64,000 nucleotides of DNA from Laetmonice hystrix (lineage: Eukaryota). The stretch spans positions 63,054,001 to 63,118,000 of the forward strand of contig OZ249436.1 of the NCBI GenBank assembly GCA_965235115.1, in the 5' to 3' direction. Shown piece by piece: positions 46,362 to 60,037 of this stretch. The notes below the pieces were generated by a model that was not told where the DNA came from, searched no databases, and was given only the letters and a program-made list of their open reading frames with translations. How positions within the stretch are numbered: the stretch's first letter is position 1; every line of letters starts with the position of its first letter. Both the position numbers and the translations under genes were made by a program.

Positions 46362-48280
46362 CAAATAAATAAAAGAAATAATCAAACGTAAAGAAATAAA
46401 ACATTGTTCTTAATCCCTCGCATAAAAGTTTCCATCACTGTTATTACTTATAATATATTTGCATAAAACACTTATTCGAGGACAATCTCGTTAAAATCAG
46501 TTTACAGACTGCACAGAGAGTTAATAAGCTCCGAATCTAGATCGTTATATTTTACAACAACATCAACAACAGCAGCAGCAATCAGGTTAATAATCGCCCG
46601 AAGAAACATGCCCCCGGTTCATAAATAAATTCGTTTCCGAACTCTGTTAGCGTGCATGACCTTGACTCGCGGCAGCCAGTTTACAAGAGATCAACCCACG
46701 CCACTAATAGCCGTGCAGAACGTTTATTTAGAAAACTAAGTTAGCGCACCCTCTAATGAACGACCTGGAGCAGGGCACGTGGTGGGTGATGTGCAGGGAA
46801 TGAGCTCCCCTCCCTGCCTGCCCCTACCCTCGCTGCCTACCTGCCTGCCCCCACCCTCCCCTGGCCTCAGAAACTTTGAGGCTTTTATTGTGTTGCCTGA
46901 GACCTTGGCTCCGACTGGGTGGCCAGGTGGCTGCTGGGATTACTCGTATCCACGGCGACGCCCAGCCACGCGCCGCGATCTGGCGGGGCTCATATAGATG
47001 GTTGCTCTACAGCACTGATCTCATCAATATTGATCAGGCCATGATCAGCGGATTAACTCGCCGATTATCGGTAATCCACTCTGACACCGGTAAAGTGGCT
47101 CGGGGTTTGAGCCCATCAGCAAGCCGCCTCGCCACAATCTGACAGCCGGCAAAATTCTGTCAACATGTTTGTGCAGGACGGTTTCAGCGCTCAATCTGAC
47201 CATAACGGTTCCATTCGTTGGAATCCCTCACGTCTGGTACATCTCATAAAAACGTCACATCGGAGCACGGGTTCACTCAACCAGAGTTCTGACTACCTCA
47301 ACAGGTACTACAAGTACCCAATGTACTTCTACGTATATGAATCAACCTGCACATTTTCTCTTTAGTAGCAGCCCTACCATACGTCAACGCTATCATGTTT
47401 CTCAGTAATGTCAAGCACTGAAATTGATAGGCCTACCACTATATTGTAGTACTTTTGGTCGGCCCAACTCACAGTGATCAAGGCTGAAGCGAGTTACCAA
47501 AAGTGACGAGAGAGTCAGACCGATATCCGATCTCTCAGGGTCTGTTACAGGTGGCCATTTATTAGCATGGTTATTTATGATTATTTCAAGTTGGGCTCGG
47601 TTCTAAATAATCGTATACATGTATTTGTCATTTAATCTGCCATGTCAGCATAAGGCCTGGTACGATGCACAAACAACACACACAAAGATTTGTAACGGAC
47701 GCTGGGAGTATAAAGCCTCGTCTATCTAATAAAGACGGGGGGGGGGGGGGACGCTTCCACCCATTAATAAATCAATAATGTGATAATGATATATTTATAT
47801 TCTACAGTTTATGAATACGTTGACATATTTTGTCGAGTGACCACACACCGAAACAGAATTTCCTTTCGGTTGGAATAAATGCATGCGACCAAGGGAAGTC
47901 AATGCTATTTTAACCATCTCTAAAATGCCTTCGTTTAGAGTCCATCATTAATGTTTCGTATTGTATTATCTTTTTTGGATTTGCTGAAATCCCGTGCCCA
48001 CACCTAAAATGTCACCGTAATCCGAAACACGAACTCTATTTTAGACGATATATAGTTGCATAACATTTTCTGCGCTTTGAACTGAGGTAGACACCGTTAG
48101 GGGGGATACCGAGACAAAATCAATGTTCCCGCGGGTGAATCCCGTCTGGAACGCAAAGATTTGTGGCGGTCCTGATCCCCTTTGTCCCCTGATTCTGGCG
48201 CCTAAGATCAAACTGGTAATGACGCTGATTGACAGGGATCCTGAAAGGCGGTGATGTTTCCAGGGGAGCCGCCAGTTACA

Positions 48281-48293
48281 CCGCCAGGTGGCG
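48281..48293 (+). promoter_or_regulatory. CTCF-like motif
   Basis: CCGCCAGGTGGCG fits the core CCRCYAGRKGGCR. Confidence 0.45.
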
Positions 48294-48790
48294 TGGTCTG
48301 TAGTTGCCATGAGCTCACTATGATTCTATGTGAACGTGGTAACAATAACATAGTGCTAGTCGGCCGTCATATACTGCTATCTACCAGTCCGGCCACTTTA
48401 GCCACAGGTGAGTTTACTAGTATACAGAGGCATCTGGCGAGTCATTTGGCAGGTACCTATCTATTACAATGAAATTAGCAAGGGTTTAGCCATGAACGTG
48501 GAGACTCTGAGGTTGTCTCTCCTACCCCTATCTTCAACTGTTGAGAACCTCAAGGTCAGGCGGGTGATCTAATAATCTAATGTTGAGATGATTCACATGT
48601 GATAATGTCACAGTATCAAAACTTTTAAAACTCGGACTTCACAGTTTCCTTTATCTAGCTGTAAACAAGCGGTGCTAGGATGGCCAACTTGCTCTATCGG
48701 AAGACTAGAACATTGAGGGACTTAGCTGTACTCTGACGACCATGGTACATCCATATAATTAGGTTGTGTTATTTTATGTAGAATATCCCG

Positions 48791-48830
48791 GTACTCACCT
48801 GAAACACACAAATCAAAACAACAAATCAGT
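48791..48830 (-). promoter_or_regulatory. Candidate recursive splice site (3'SS fused to 5'SS at 48799/48798)
   Basis: Minus strand reads actgatttgttgttttgatttgtgtgtttcag|gtgagtac. Confidence 0.4.
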
Positions 48831-50580
48831 ACACCATTTGCCGCTGTGTATGAAGGGCCTGCAAGCTGGAGATCATAAAAAAAGGAGAGCAAAATGAGGC
48901 CCTCCAAACCAATATATGATAGCTTGATCAATCTGGGCGGTTACAAACTGTACACACCAACGGCGACCGAGCCAACTGGGCAAATCAAGGGCTTCGCCTT
49001 TGATACTTTAAAACTGCTAACAGTATTTGGACTTTATATATAACCAGGAATATGATACAACACAGACAGCAAGGTCAGAGAAAGCAGAGAGCTGATTGGG
49101 CACTGTACGATGGTGTTATTAACTTAAGCTTCATATCTGATATTAACATGACCTTATGACGGACTAGCTATGGACGTCACTCGATATCGAAATTAAGTCT
49201 ATATCTCAAAGAGTAATGCGCAATAAATCTGAGTTCTATAACACAACAACTCAAAACATGTTCTCGCATCACATTCATCGGGGAAGTGTATATACACCAT
49301 GGTCAGGGGATTATACACCACAGTCGGGTAATTACCCAGAGAGCAATTATTACTCTTTCTCAGAAATAATATGGTTTTAATCGTTGTTTTTTTTAATATT
49401 CCAAGAAATAAAAAAGGCGTTGATATAGTCCGTTGGCAATGGTAGCGGACGGTGTGGCTCTTGGAAAGGCACAGACCAGTACATCTCAATCCAAACATCA
49501 TGCAGGAACCCCCCAATATCCTTTCTGATTGGAACGACTCGCCGCCAGTAGGTGTCTAAACGCGTGCCGAAACCCGTGAGACTGTCGCCGGTCTCCCAAT
49601 ATTATCAGCACCTTGCACACCACGGGCCGTGCCCTCGGCGGCCGTTTACGATTCATAGTGAGCCAAGTATTACACCGGTGACAGGCAGCCGTTGGTGGGT
49701 GGGAGGGGGTTGGAGGTCAGGTAGTGTCCAGCACGCTGATGAGCCCCTCTAACTGCCATAGGAGTTGACAAGCGCTGAGCGGCGGCTGGGGCCGTTGATG
49801 ATGGAGGTCTACCTATCAGGGTTTGTATCATCAACCGTCCACGCCTACCCTACACTATCTACAGGTACCAGCTGGGCTAACACCTGAGACTACCTGACAG
49901 CGTCTGTTTACCGACTGCAAGCCGCACGTTCATATCGAACACCTCGGATGAAACCTGCACCACAGGACGGCTTTCATTTGGGGTGGGTGGGTGGGTGGGG
50001 GGGCTATGTATACTTAAAGCAGCCATCGCCAGCACAATGGATGTCGAGCCTATAGAAGGATGTCTGAATTTCTTTTCGATTCTGGAGGTTAGCAGATCAA
50101 GTTCATGTCACATGCAGGGTTGTCAAAGGCCATCAGCCATTTTCAAATGTCATCTTGCTAAAGGCAAACAATACATTAACCGCTTCATATCTCATTAAGA
50201 CAGATAATTTGGGCCTCGCCTGCAGTCTTCATCTGACAATAATCTCCGGCAGTCAGGAGCTCTGTGTCAGACGACTATATGCCATTTAGTACAAGTTTTT
50301 TTTCTCTCTCCTCGTGAATGACACCTAGAACGCCTGTTGCAGTAAATGCCTTCAGAAATAGTTCTCTCTTACATTTTCAGTGAAACCAATACCGTGTTGA
50401 ATTCTCTCTTTGACACTCGGCTGAAATTGGCACGAATACAAAACATTAAAGACATTAAATTCACGGAGAAGGATTGCCCAGCACAACCCAAGAGTTGAAC
50501 GGGCAGCCAACCACCAAAGGAAATGTAAGAGAATAAAAATCCGTGTTAAATCATCAACTATGCTAGAACCTTCACATTAT

Positions 50581-51170
50581 ACCTCATCAGTACATGCACT
50601 ATGTGAATCATGGTACGCCACCTACTGTATAAGTCATGAAAAATTACAGTTGTTTATGCTTAAATCATGAGATGACAATGAACAAGTGAACACCTCATCA
50701 GTACTATGTGAATCATGTTACGCCACCTACTGTATATAAGTCATGATCAATTACAATTGTTTGTAAATGCTTAAATCATGAGATGACAATGAACGAGTGA
50801 ACACCTCATCTGTACTGTGTGAATCATGGTACGCCACCTACTGTATATAAGTCATGATCAATTACAATTGTTTGTAAATGCTTAATTCATGAGATGACAA
50901 TGAACGAGTGAATATCTCATCAGTACTATGTGAATCATGTTACGCCACCTACTGTATATAAGTCATGATCAATTACAATTGTTTGTAAATGCTTAAATCA
51001 TAAGATGACAATGAACGAGTGAATATCTCATCAGTACTATGTGAATCATGTTACGCCACCTACTGTATATAAGTCATGATCAATTACAATTGTTTGTAAA
51101 TGCTTAAATCATGAGATGACAATGAACGAGTGAATACCTCATCTGTACTGTGTGAATCATGGTACGCCAC
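50581..51170. repeat. 111-bp satellite-like tandem repeat, about 5.5 copies
   Basis: tgtgaatcatg at 50602, 50707, 50818, 50929, 51040 and 51151, with degenerate monomers on both flanks. Confidence 0.92.
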
Positions 51171-53144
51171 GTAGTACACAATGTATATATAAGTTACGTC
51201 GTGTCTTAAAAATTTATTTAAATGCATGGATCATGAGATATCAACTAACGATTGATCACTACCTGGTTTGAATTATTATATGTGAATCAAGGTATGCCAC
51301 TTAGTGTATTTAAGCCTAGTTGTCCTTACAAATCATGTAAATGCACGAATTATGACTCATTGTGTCATCCAGTGAAAGACTCAGGACTTGTATACCTTAG
51401 ACCCCTGGGGGGCTGGAAGAACCCTCTCAAGGGAAGTCCCACCCAGGTTAAATAAATGATTAAAAAAATGATTGACTGGTATATGTATGCCTGATTTCAA
51501 CCAGACCCACGGTTTCATTGTACACAATGGACCAATGGCACGACGAAGTAAATACATCGATCACTGTTTGACGGTTATATCATACGGCTCCACCTGAGAA
51601 TATTGATTCCAAGAAAGGCGACTTTCTTGGTTAGGGTTTGGCGAGTGCGACAAGGCCATGTGGCCCGGTACAGGATACAGATGGTAATGTCCTTAGGCAG
51701 AGAGGCCCGTATTGCGGTCTCATTTCAGGACCACATTCAATTTCCTTTGAAAGTCTTTTACCACATTTTGAGGCTCAACGCCGGTCTGAAGAGAAATTGG
51801 CATCCGTCATTTCAACGTAAAAGGAACAAAAGGACTAAAACCTTATCATGCCATTGACTTAGAAACGGTCCACGGGATAAAAAGGAACCGCAACAAGGAC
51901 AATGTGACTCCTTTTTGAAGACGCTTAAAACAAATACATCAGAACAAATTGCAGGTGCCCCGAAAAAGCCCCAAGTTGAGCCGGTCCTATTAGCATAACA
52001 TTAAGGTCCATTACTTTGCCAATACAACTAGCGTGGTACCGTGTTGGCCTTTAACGTTACCACACCTCAAAGCAAATAGATTCTTTGTAGCTGGCACGTC
52101 TACAGTCTACAGGGAGCACAGCCAATTCTCCTGACATCAGTGCAATTATAATAACACGGTACCACGAAAAGGGGAAGAGAGCAGGGAGAAATAAAGCGGG
52201 GGGGGGGGGGGAGAACCAACTGCTGTCTTTTTTTGCGCAGACAAGTTCCAGATCATCAGCGCTGGTATTGATATACATTGTATCTATATACAGTGGATAT
52301 TTCACAGGTGCCTGTGAAGCACTATGACCGGCGGGGGGGGGGGGGGGGGGGGGGGGTGCCTGTGTTTGACGGCTGCTGACGGCATGGTTTCGTGATCCTC
52401 ACGAACTGAGGCCAAGAGAACGCTTGAATGCACTTCTTTACCAGCGGCCCGACCACTGTCCGTGCCTGGCCAGCCCACAGACGAGAGCCTGGGCTGCGGC
52501 CACTTAGTGAAAGCAGTTTGTCTCTCTGGCTTGACACCAGTGTTAGCCCACAAAGAGGAGGGGGTCCTCTAATAAGTGGCCGGAGGCACCAACGCCAGAC
52601 AAGCCCAGGCCCGGGACCATTGTATATGGCCTGCAAAGCATCATTCCCCCATCCTCTGAAGAGCTGGAACCATGTGCGCTCTTGGCGCAGGGCCAGGGAC
52701 TGTGATACGGACCGGGTACTACAAGTCGGTTGTTCGGTTCAGATTCTTAACCTCAATCCAACTTCACTTCATATTTATCTAGAACATGTTATTCCACTGC
52801 TCTTGGCAAACCAACATGAACAACCTAAACAATCTACTGCCAAACATGCACCGTCAAAGACAGTACAAGAATACTGTCACTGAAGCAACCTTTAACGATC
52901 ATCGTTTCCTGGCTGAAAAAAAACCCGATATTCCTAAACATGCAGTCAATCTCCCGCTGATACATGAGCCATTTCGAAAGCAAGTATTCTACCCACTCGG
53001 CACACCATTCGACTGACTGACGTCATGTCTCGGCTATACGACGGAGGTCGCCATATTGGGGGGTGGGGTGGGTGGGTGGCTAGGTCGGGACCAGTGGCCC
53101 GGATGTAGACAACAGCAAACTTAAAGTCCCACGGTGCCGCCGTG

Positions 53145-53274
53145 CCGGATATGACCTAGAAACAGCCAGCCAATGAGAAGCAGCGTCGGTGTTCCGAGTG
53201 ACATCCGAGGCCTGGTTCGCCTCCGGATATGACCTAGAAACAGCCAATCAGAAGCAGCGTCGGTGTTCCGAGTG
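53145..53274 (+). repeat. Duplicated about 52-56 bp unit, each with a CCAAT box
   Basis: 53145-53200 versus 53223-53274; CCAAT at 53170 and 53244. Confidence 0.8.
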
Positions 53275-54490
53275 GTATTCTACCATGAATCATGTTCTAC
53301 CTTCTGAAACGACAATACCACATTTCACAATGCTAACAGACTGAGACGGCGGAGCACGTGGCCTGGGTCGACTAAACTTTGAGTCGTACGTTGGGGGTAA
53401 AATACCTACTATACGTAATAAGTATCAGAAGCATATTAAGATATATTATCCTAAATTATTATCATTCTAACACATCCTGCCAGGTCAATTCTTGCTCATG
53501 CAAACAAATGACAAGACATGTCTGACCTTCACATGACTGTAGTTACCATTTGGATTTGGTTACATTTTTCCACGGAATTTTTCCACTAAAGAAGGCCTTT
53601 ATTCTTTCAAACACTCCAAATGTCACAACCTATACGGGAAACGCTCAGGTTAAGTAATTACCACTGAATAAGGAGAAAAAACACCTAAATATCATTCCAG
53701 ATTTTCCGCCTGGTGCACAACTAAAGCTTTAAGTTCAAAATTTACTTTGTTTCAGTAAAATTCAACTGCCGATGGAAGTAAAAAGTTTGGATTGACTTAA
53801 CAATATCTTAACAACACCACCAGAGACTGCACACGTAGATACTAATTTACATATTACATGGGACACTACACTGAACAACCAACCTGAAATTGACCCTATC
53901 CCTGTTCCCTATCTCAAATCAGTGTATGATAAGTTCACAGGTAAAGCCATCCGTTCCCAAATATCTCTCTGACATCTAAAATTGTCTTTCTATGTACAAT
54001 TAACTTTCCATTCCTAAATCCATCTTCGTATGATCATACTCCCGCGAGGTTAACGTCGGTGTCAATAACAAATACCCTTTGAGGACACCCGCTTATCTAT
54101 CAATTTGCTCAGCTCAATGATCGAGGGCACCACTGTTACTAACTGCCTGGCACACAGCTTGGTGCTGTGGGGACGGAGGCGCCAACCGCCCACCACTCAG
54201 CACCAAATTGTGGGCTACTGAGCGATTCATCAGTCATTAATAACGTAGTCCCTACGTGAGTGCCTTGCTAACTCAGAGCACTGGACCCCACCCACTACCC
54301 TCTCATATTAAGTTGATTGAACCGGCTGATCTCTCACAATAAATACCATAATAAGTCGCCCGGAATTCTCACAGTGACCTCACTCCATTTGTCTTTGGGA
54401 GAATATTCCTATAGACTTCGGAACAATTCCATCAAGGGCTTGAGTAGCTGTTTTCCTTTAAGATCTCGACAAGAGATAGCATTGATGCAA

Positions 54491-54665
54491 CGAAAAATGT
54501 CTCAACTGCGAAAAATGTCCCAATAGGACATTTTTCGTACGTACGGTACGAAAAATGTCTCAAAATTTCGGGTTGAGACATTTTTCCTACACCCGATACG
54601 AGAAATGTCCCAATTTTGTAAGTGGGACATTTTTCGTCCGGCAGTTCCAGCGAAAAAAGTCTCAA
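54491..54665. repeat. Cluster of CGAAAAATGTCYCA motifs in both orientations
   Basis: Eight copies at about 54491(+), 54509(+), 54526(-), 54549(+), 54573(-), 54599(+), 54623(-) and 54651(+). Confidence 0.8.
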
Positions 54666-57600
54666 TCACGTCTACAAGCTTATAACTCTGATGTAGGTAC
54701 AGCTCTATATTCTACCTTTCGTCACATGCATAAATTTGCATACAATTGAATACTACTCCTACAATTTGAAAGCAAACAATGGAAAACCTTGGTAAAGGCG
54801 TCGTGGGAGATGGGAACGGTATGGATTTTATGATCTGATTTAATTTGATATAATGAGGCCATCTCAAATTTCATTGGAAGACCCACATGGCGGTATTTTG
54901 TAAACGGTTCAAGACAGGTGCATAGTTACTGTTAAGCTTGATCAGAAATTCCTTTATGATCTTCCATTTATGTATGCATGGAAGCCCTTGGATCCCTAAC
55001 ACCCTATAGCCGTTCTATGGGTCGTACATATGTCAGTGCAGATTTTAAGTTTAGTACAAGACAGATTTCAGGACCGACCTTCTAGATCAGGGCAAAAATA
55101 CCACATAGTCAATACAGTTAATATCTTTGTATGCAAATCCTACCTCACAAGGACACACACTAAATAGGCATTCAAAGTATCATATAACAAGAAAGCCAAC
55201 ACTCTAATGGAACTGCTTATGAGATAAATGTAAGGGGGCGTTTCGGAGATGAAGGAATTATCTCCTTCAGGTCGACAGAGAAGTCCTCTAATTGTCCAGA
55301 ATTGGATTGCTGGCATCTGGTTCTACATTTCGCTGTTAATTATTTTGCCTGAATTTCAAATTCGTTGCGGCGTTTCGGGAATCACAAACTCGGAAGGTTG
55401 CTCCAAGGTCACTGCTTGACACCAAAAAAAGTTTCCGGCTGTATTTTTTTTTCAAAAACCTATCCCTGCCCCCCAACGTTCGTTGACTCCCCCATAAAAG
55501 GCAAAATTCTCTTAGAAACTCTGAAAGGGGACAATAAGAAAATTGCGAGGAACGGCTGCTGAATAACAATACAAAAAGGCAGGTGATAGGCCTATTTTTT
55601 CAAAAAAATATCCACACCTCTTAAAGTGAAGGGATAAAATAATAGGCATTCTTAAAACACATTTGTATCCTCGGGAGTCGTTAAATATGGAGTACTAGTA
55701 CTACCACTTTTTACTTCAATTGGGATAAATTTCTTTCCGAAATTTCCGGACAAAATTGGGTAGGCCTATATATGTTCCATTGAACTGAAAAAGACGATCG
55801 CCTTAGGCCTATACCCATTTCTTACATTAGTCTCTGGAAAATCAACAGCCAGATAGTAATATAAAAAGTAGAAGCAATTTTCGTGTGTTAAACCTTCCAT
55901 TTAAAGCACTTCCTGTACCTTAAATAATCACTTACGGAAGCCTGCATATCATAGAAACACGGTACATTTCATTTAGCTCTTCATGCCGCTTTAGCACTCT
56001 ATTGAAGCTGCCATGATGTCACAGGGTTTTGCCAGCAGAAAGCGACGACATGATTTCTCCTCACTGTACTCTAGGTCATACATCGACACAAACATTTCAA
56101 CTAATGAAAACAAGGTATCATACAGGTGACGTCCCCAGCAGAGAAAGGTCAATATATCACACAGCCTCGCTTGCTGCTTGCGGCACGAAACAGCCCAAGG
56201 AGACACGGCAATGTATGATGCACCCTACGATACCATCACTTAAAGTGCGCGCAATCCCCTTGTGTTTAAAAATTCATATCGCAGCAGCTCCTGTCACAAA
56301 GTGATATGCACAGCACTCAGCGGACAATCGATAGCAGCAGCAACAACAAAGTAATCAAACGTGTGCTCCTGAGCAGGTTCCAATAAGGCCCTTGTACACG
56401 TTCTTTAACAAATCTGTCATGGGATTAGTATAACAAATACATGAAGACTGGCTGCAGACAATATGAACTGAAATTAACCCCAGCCTGGGACTCTAGCGAA
56501 TATTCATATTTAAGTACCTGAGGTTGTCTATGGCAAATGTCATACGCCGGTTTGTCTAGAAAAATAATGGCAGAATGGAGCCTTTCATTTGTGCTGGAGA
56601 ATAAGCAGGAATACGACTAATAACGACATTTCCTTACCTGCATTCAGTCAAATAATCCTACACAAATATTTCCTTATTATACTATGACAATCCGAAGTGC
56701 TGCAAAATCAAATAGAGTGTACGTAAAAATTTGTGAGAGTAATAAATACTATTGTCAGATTTATCTTCAACAAGAAAAACCACCGTGTGGAAAGCCAAAC
56801 TGTCGGCTAAGAGAAGAGATTTCGTTCGGCGTGCAAATTTCCAACCAGTTACGTATGCTCGGCGAATTTTAATGGAACAATTACACACTGCAGACACATA
56901 AAATAAATATTGATCCTGACTGCTTTAAAATAATTCCGTTCTGGAGCATATGGCTCACATATCATGATCATGTTTGTTGTACGCTAAATTAATCAAGGTA
57001 TCCCCTCAATGCTGTCCCCATGTTCGAACGTTTCCCCGGCACCCACGTCTAATCCATTATTTATCAACAGTCACGATTATTCCTGCACACAGCATTGCTT
57101 CATCACAAAAGTACAGAGCTGCTGTTCTTCAACCCTCAATAAGATCGACGAACTTCAATTTTCATGGCCCCTGAGCGTCCCATGAGGCGCTCAGTCTTCA
57201 TCTAGCCATATATAAGTATGACAAATGGGCTGATGGATCTCGGGGAAAGCAGGCGGTAATTTCCTCAGTAAATATAAACGTTGAATAGACAAACATACAG
57301 CAGGGGGATGGGTGGGTTATTTTCCTTGCCCTGTGGAGAGTGAATCAATGAAAACGTATCACCACGTATTCTGCCAGGGCCATATGTCTGGTAGTCCACT
57401 TCCTCTGCTGCCCACCGTCCCTCATGTAGTCCATTATGCCGGGACCGAAGCCAATACAACTCAAATAGTGTCCTGCATTTGTCCGAGCCAATACGTTAAT
57501 GGCTGGCCACTGGAGCACTCCCAATCGTTCCCCAACCGGGCTGCGTACCTGGGCTTCATTCAAACTGTCATTTCACCTGATTTATAGGTTTGTCTACCCT

Positions 57601-60037
57601 GTATCACATTTTGTACATATGGCGTCCACAAATACATAACCTGCCACAATCTTGCCAAGAGCCATTACCTGGGCCATCAACCCACCACAAGCGCACGTTT
57701 TGTATTTCATATAAAATTATGAAGTATACTGTGTATGAAAGCATCTCCTGACTGACGAAACACCTGCCTGTCCCTTCCCTCCTTCTCCAACACGGCAGCC
57801 ATTGACTCCACCTTACCCCTTGCTCTGCCGCGCTGCAAACACAGCACACTATACAGCTCTTGTTTCTCAATGATAAGATTTGATCCACCATTATGATTAA
57901 ATATGATTATGTCGTCTCAGCCTTCTAACTGGCGAGCAATATGTCTTCACACAACCGGTACAAGATCGTAGTGCTTCAATTGTGCAGTAGTCGGGACACT
58001 AGGCGGGGAGCAAGGAGATTGATTTCTGAGGTCTTACTGCTCAGCATCTTTGGTGTTTGGTCGGCTTGACAAGCATCAATTCCTGGTGGATTGCTCTTGT
58101 GACACACCATCCAATAACAACTTGCCTCAGTGTTCAGTGAGTGCCGAGTTACTACTCACTGTACGGCCTCTATGGGTCCATTGAGGCCAACTTGGTGTTC
58201 TAAATACGCAGCCACGCACTGACAGAGACGATTATGCCAATTAGACAGATATCAGTTTCCAATTAAGCTTCCACCAGAGTTCACCTAAAGACCAAAGGAA
58301 TGGTGCCCAACATAGGAGAACATCTGTTCCCGTTCTCAGAAGTTCAACGACGTATTTATGCCGGGGACGAGATTCGTGACCTCAAAGTGGCACAATTGGA
58401 AGGGGCCCTTTCGAACGGCTTTTGATTTTTTTCACGGGGAGGCTGAGAGGGCAGGTACTCCCGGCCGTCTATGACTCCTCAAACAATCGGATTAACAGGT
58501 AGACCAAAGTTTGTATCATGTGACACTTCCCAATCTACACCTCTCCAGAGTGCCTCTTCAGGATCCGTATCCAAAATCTTTTAAAGGGGCACAATTGTTC
58601 GCCGGCCTTATATGATAGCACAAGGAGGTCCGAAATAAATATTCCTACCCTGAAAATAGCGTTGATTTGCCTGAAATCAAGCAACAGGCAGCCATTGTAG
58701 TGGAGGCGTGGCCCCAAGTGACCATGTTAAAAGGTATGCCCTTTCTCGGCTAAGACAACGGTTTTCACCCAAATGTTTTATCTTTGTTCCAACGCATTCC
58801 TTGGAGAGTCAGATCACTTTTTGATGCTTTTCTTTCCAGGATTCTTTAGACTTCAAAACGCCAGTCTCAGCCTTCTCAAATTATCATATAGATCTTCCCC
58901 CCTTAGCTTTTAATGGGGGCAGGGTTTAGAGGCTTCCCCCCGTAGAATTTTCGCCTACTCAACAGAACTTAGCCATAATAATGTAGTTCATATTGCTCAA
59001 TCTGCCCACCGCACAAATAACTTTCTGGCTGAACAGTCGTTCCTAGAAAACAGAGATTTATGTGTAAAGTGGGAACTGGCCGTAAATTTGCCACTGCCCC
59101 CTTGGGAGCTCGGTGATCTCTAGGGGTCACGTGACGGGTTGGGTCCTGCCCACGTAAGCCACCCATAGTCCCCACGTGGGCCCCTGTTCTTCCCATGTCC
59201 CTCTCCCCGCCCGACGTGTCCCTTGGGGCTGCTGTGCGGCCGCCAGATGATCCTTCAAAGGTCGGATGGATGGGCAGAAAGCAGTCAACGGGTCCAGGTT
59301 TATTGGTACGAGTTGGCAGGCGTTCGAGCCAGGAACTTTCGACATTTGAGCCAGACCACAAGCCACAGACGAACACCCGTATGTTATGTGTCTGCGCTAA
59401 AGAGACCGGCCTTTTTGTAGTAGGAAATGTCTATACAAGGCTCCCTTTAAAATGGGTGGTCTATTCTTTCCCACCACCAAACAGATACATACATGCGGTG
59501 ATCCTTTATATAAGTATATATATATATATACTTATCACAAACCTCCTCTACCGAGCCTCTATGTGGCTGAAACTGTGTGGATTGGCTAGATTTTCGAGAT
59601 TGGGTCATATTTCCAGAAACACATATGGAAGCCGCATTATCAATCTTTCAAAGTCCACTTGTTCTCTGGTCTTATGGCACATACCATACAAGCCTGACAG
59701 AAATAATAAATCTGTAGAAACAACTTGCCTGAATTTGGCGCGTTTATGTTTCATCACGCATGTGGCAAATTCATGAGGTAGCACTTACTTCCGGCTATTC
59801 TACGTGGGGCTTTATGAAGCTCAACTTATGCCAATGTTAGATCTGGTTTGCACTTGGAATTCTTTATAATTTTCCTTAATATAAAGTTGAAGTACAGATA
59901 TAGAACATGTAACGAAATGGTTTAGGTTGTTTTAAAAACCGTTTACGTAATAAGCTGACTATGCATGGCATGAATATTTACACTTGACAAAATGACAATG
60001 CCACTTTTATGCACTAAAATATGTTTTCTGCTTTTAA

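Noticed and set aside
51660-51720. VQDTDGNVL resembling an RTE LINE linker
   Set aside because: Only about 9 residues match and there is no flanking similarity.
58590-58680. GRNIYFGPPC resembling a parvoviral NS1 Walker A context
   Set aside because: The essential GK(T/S) is absent and the frame has stops.
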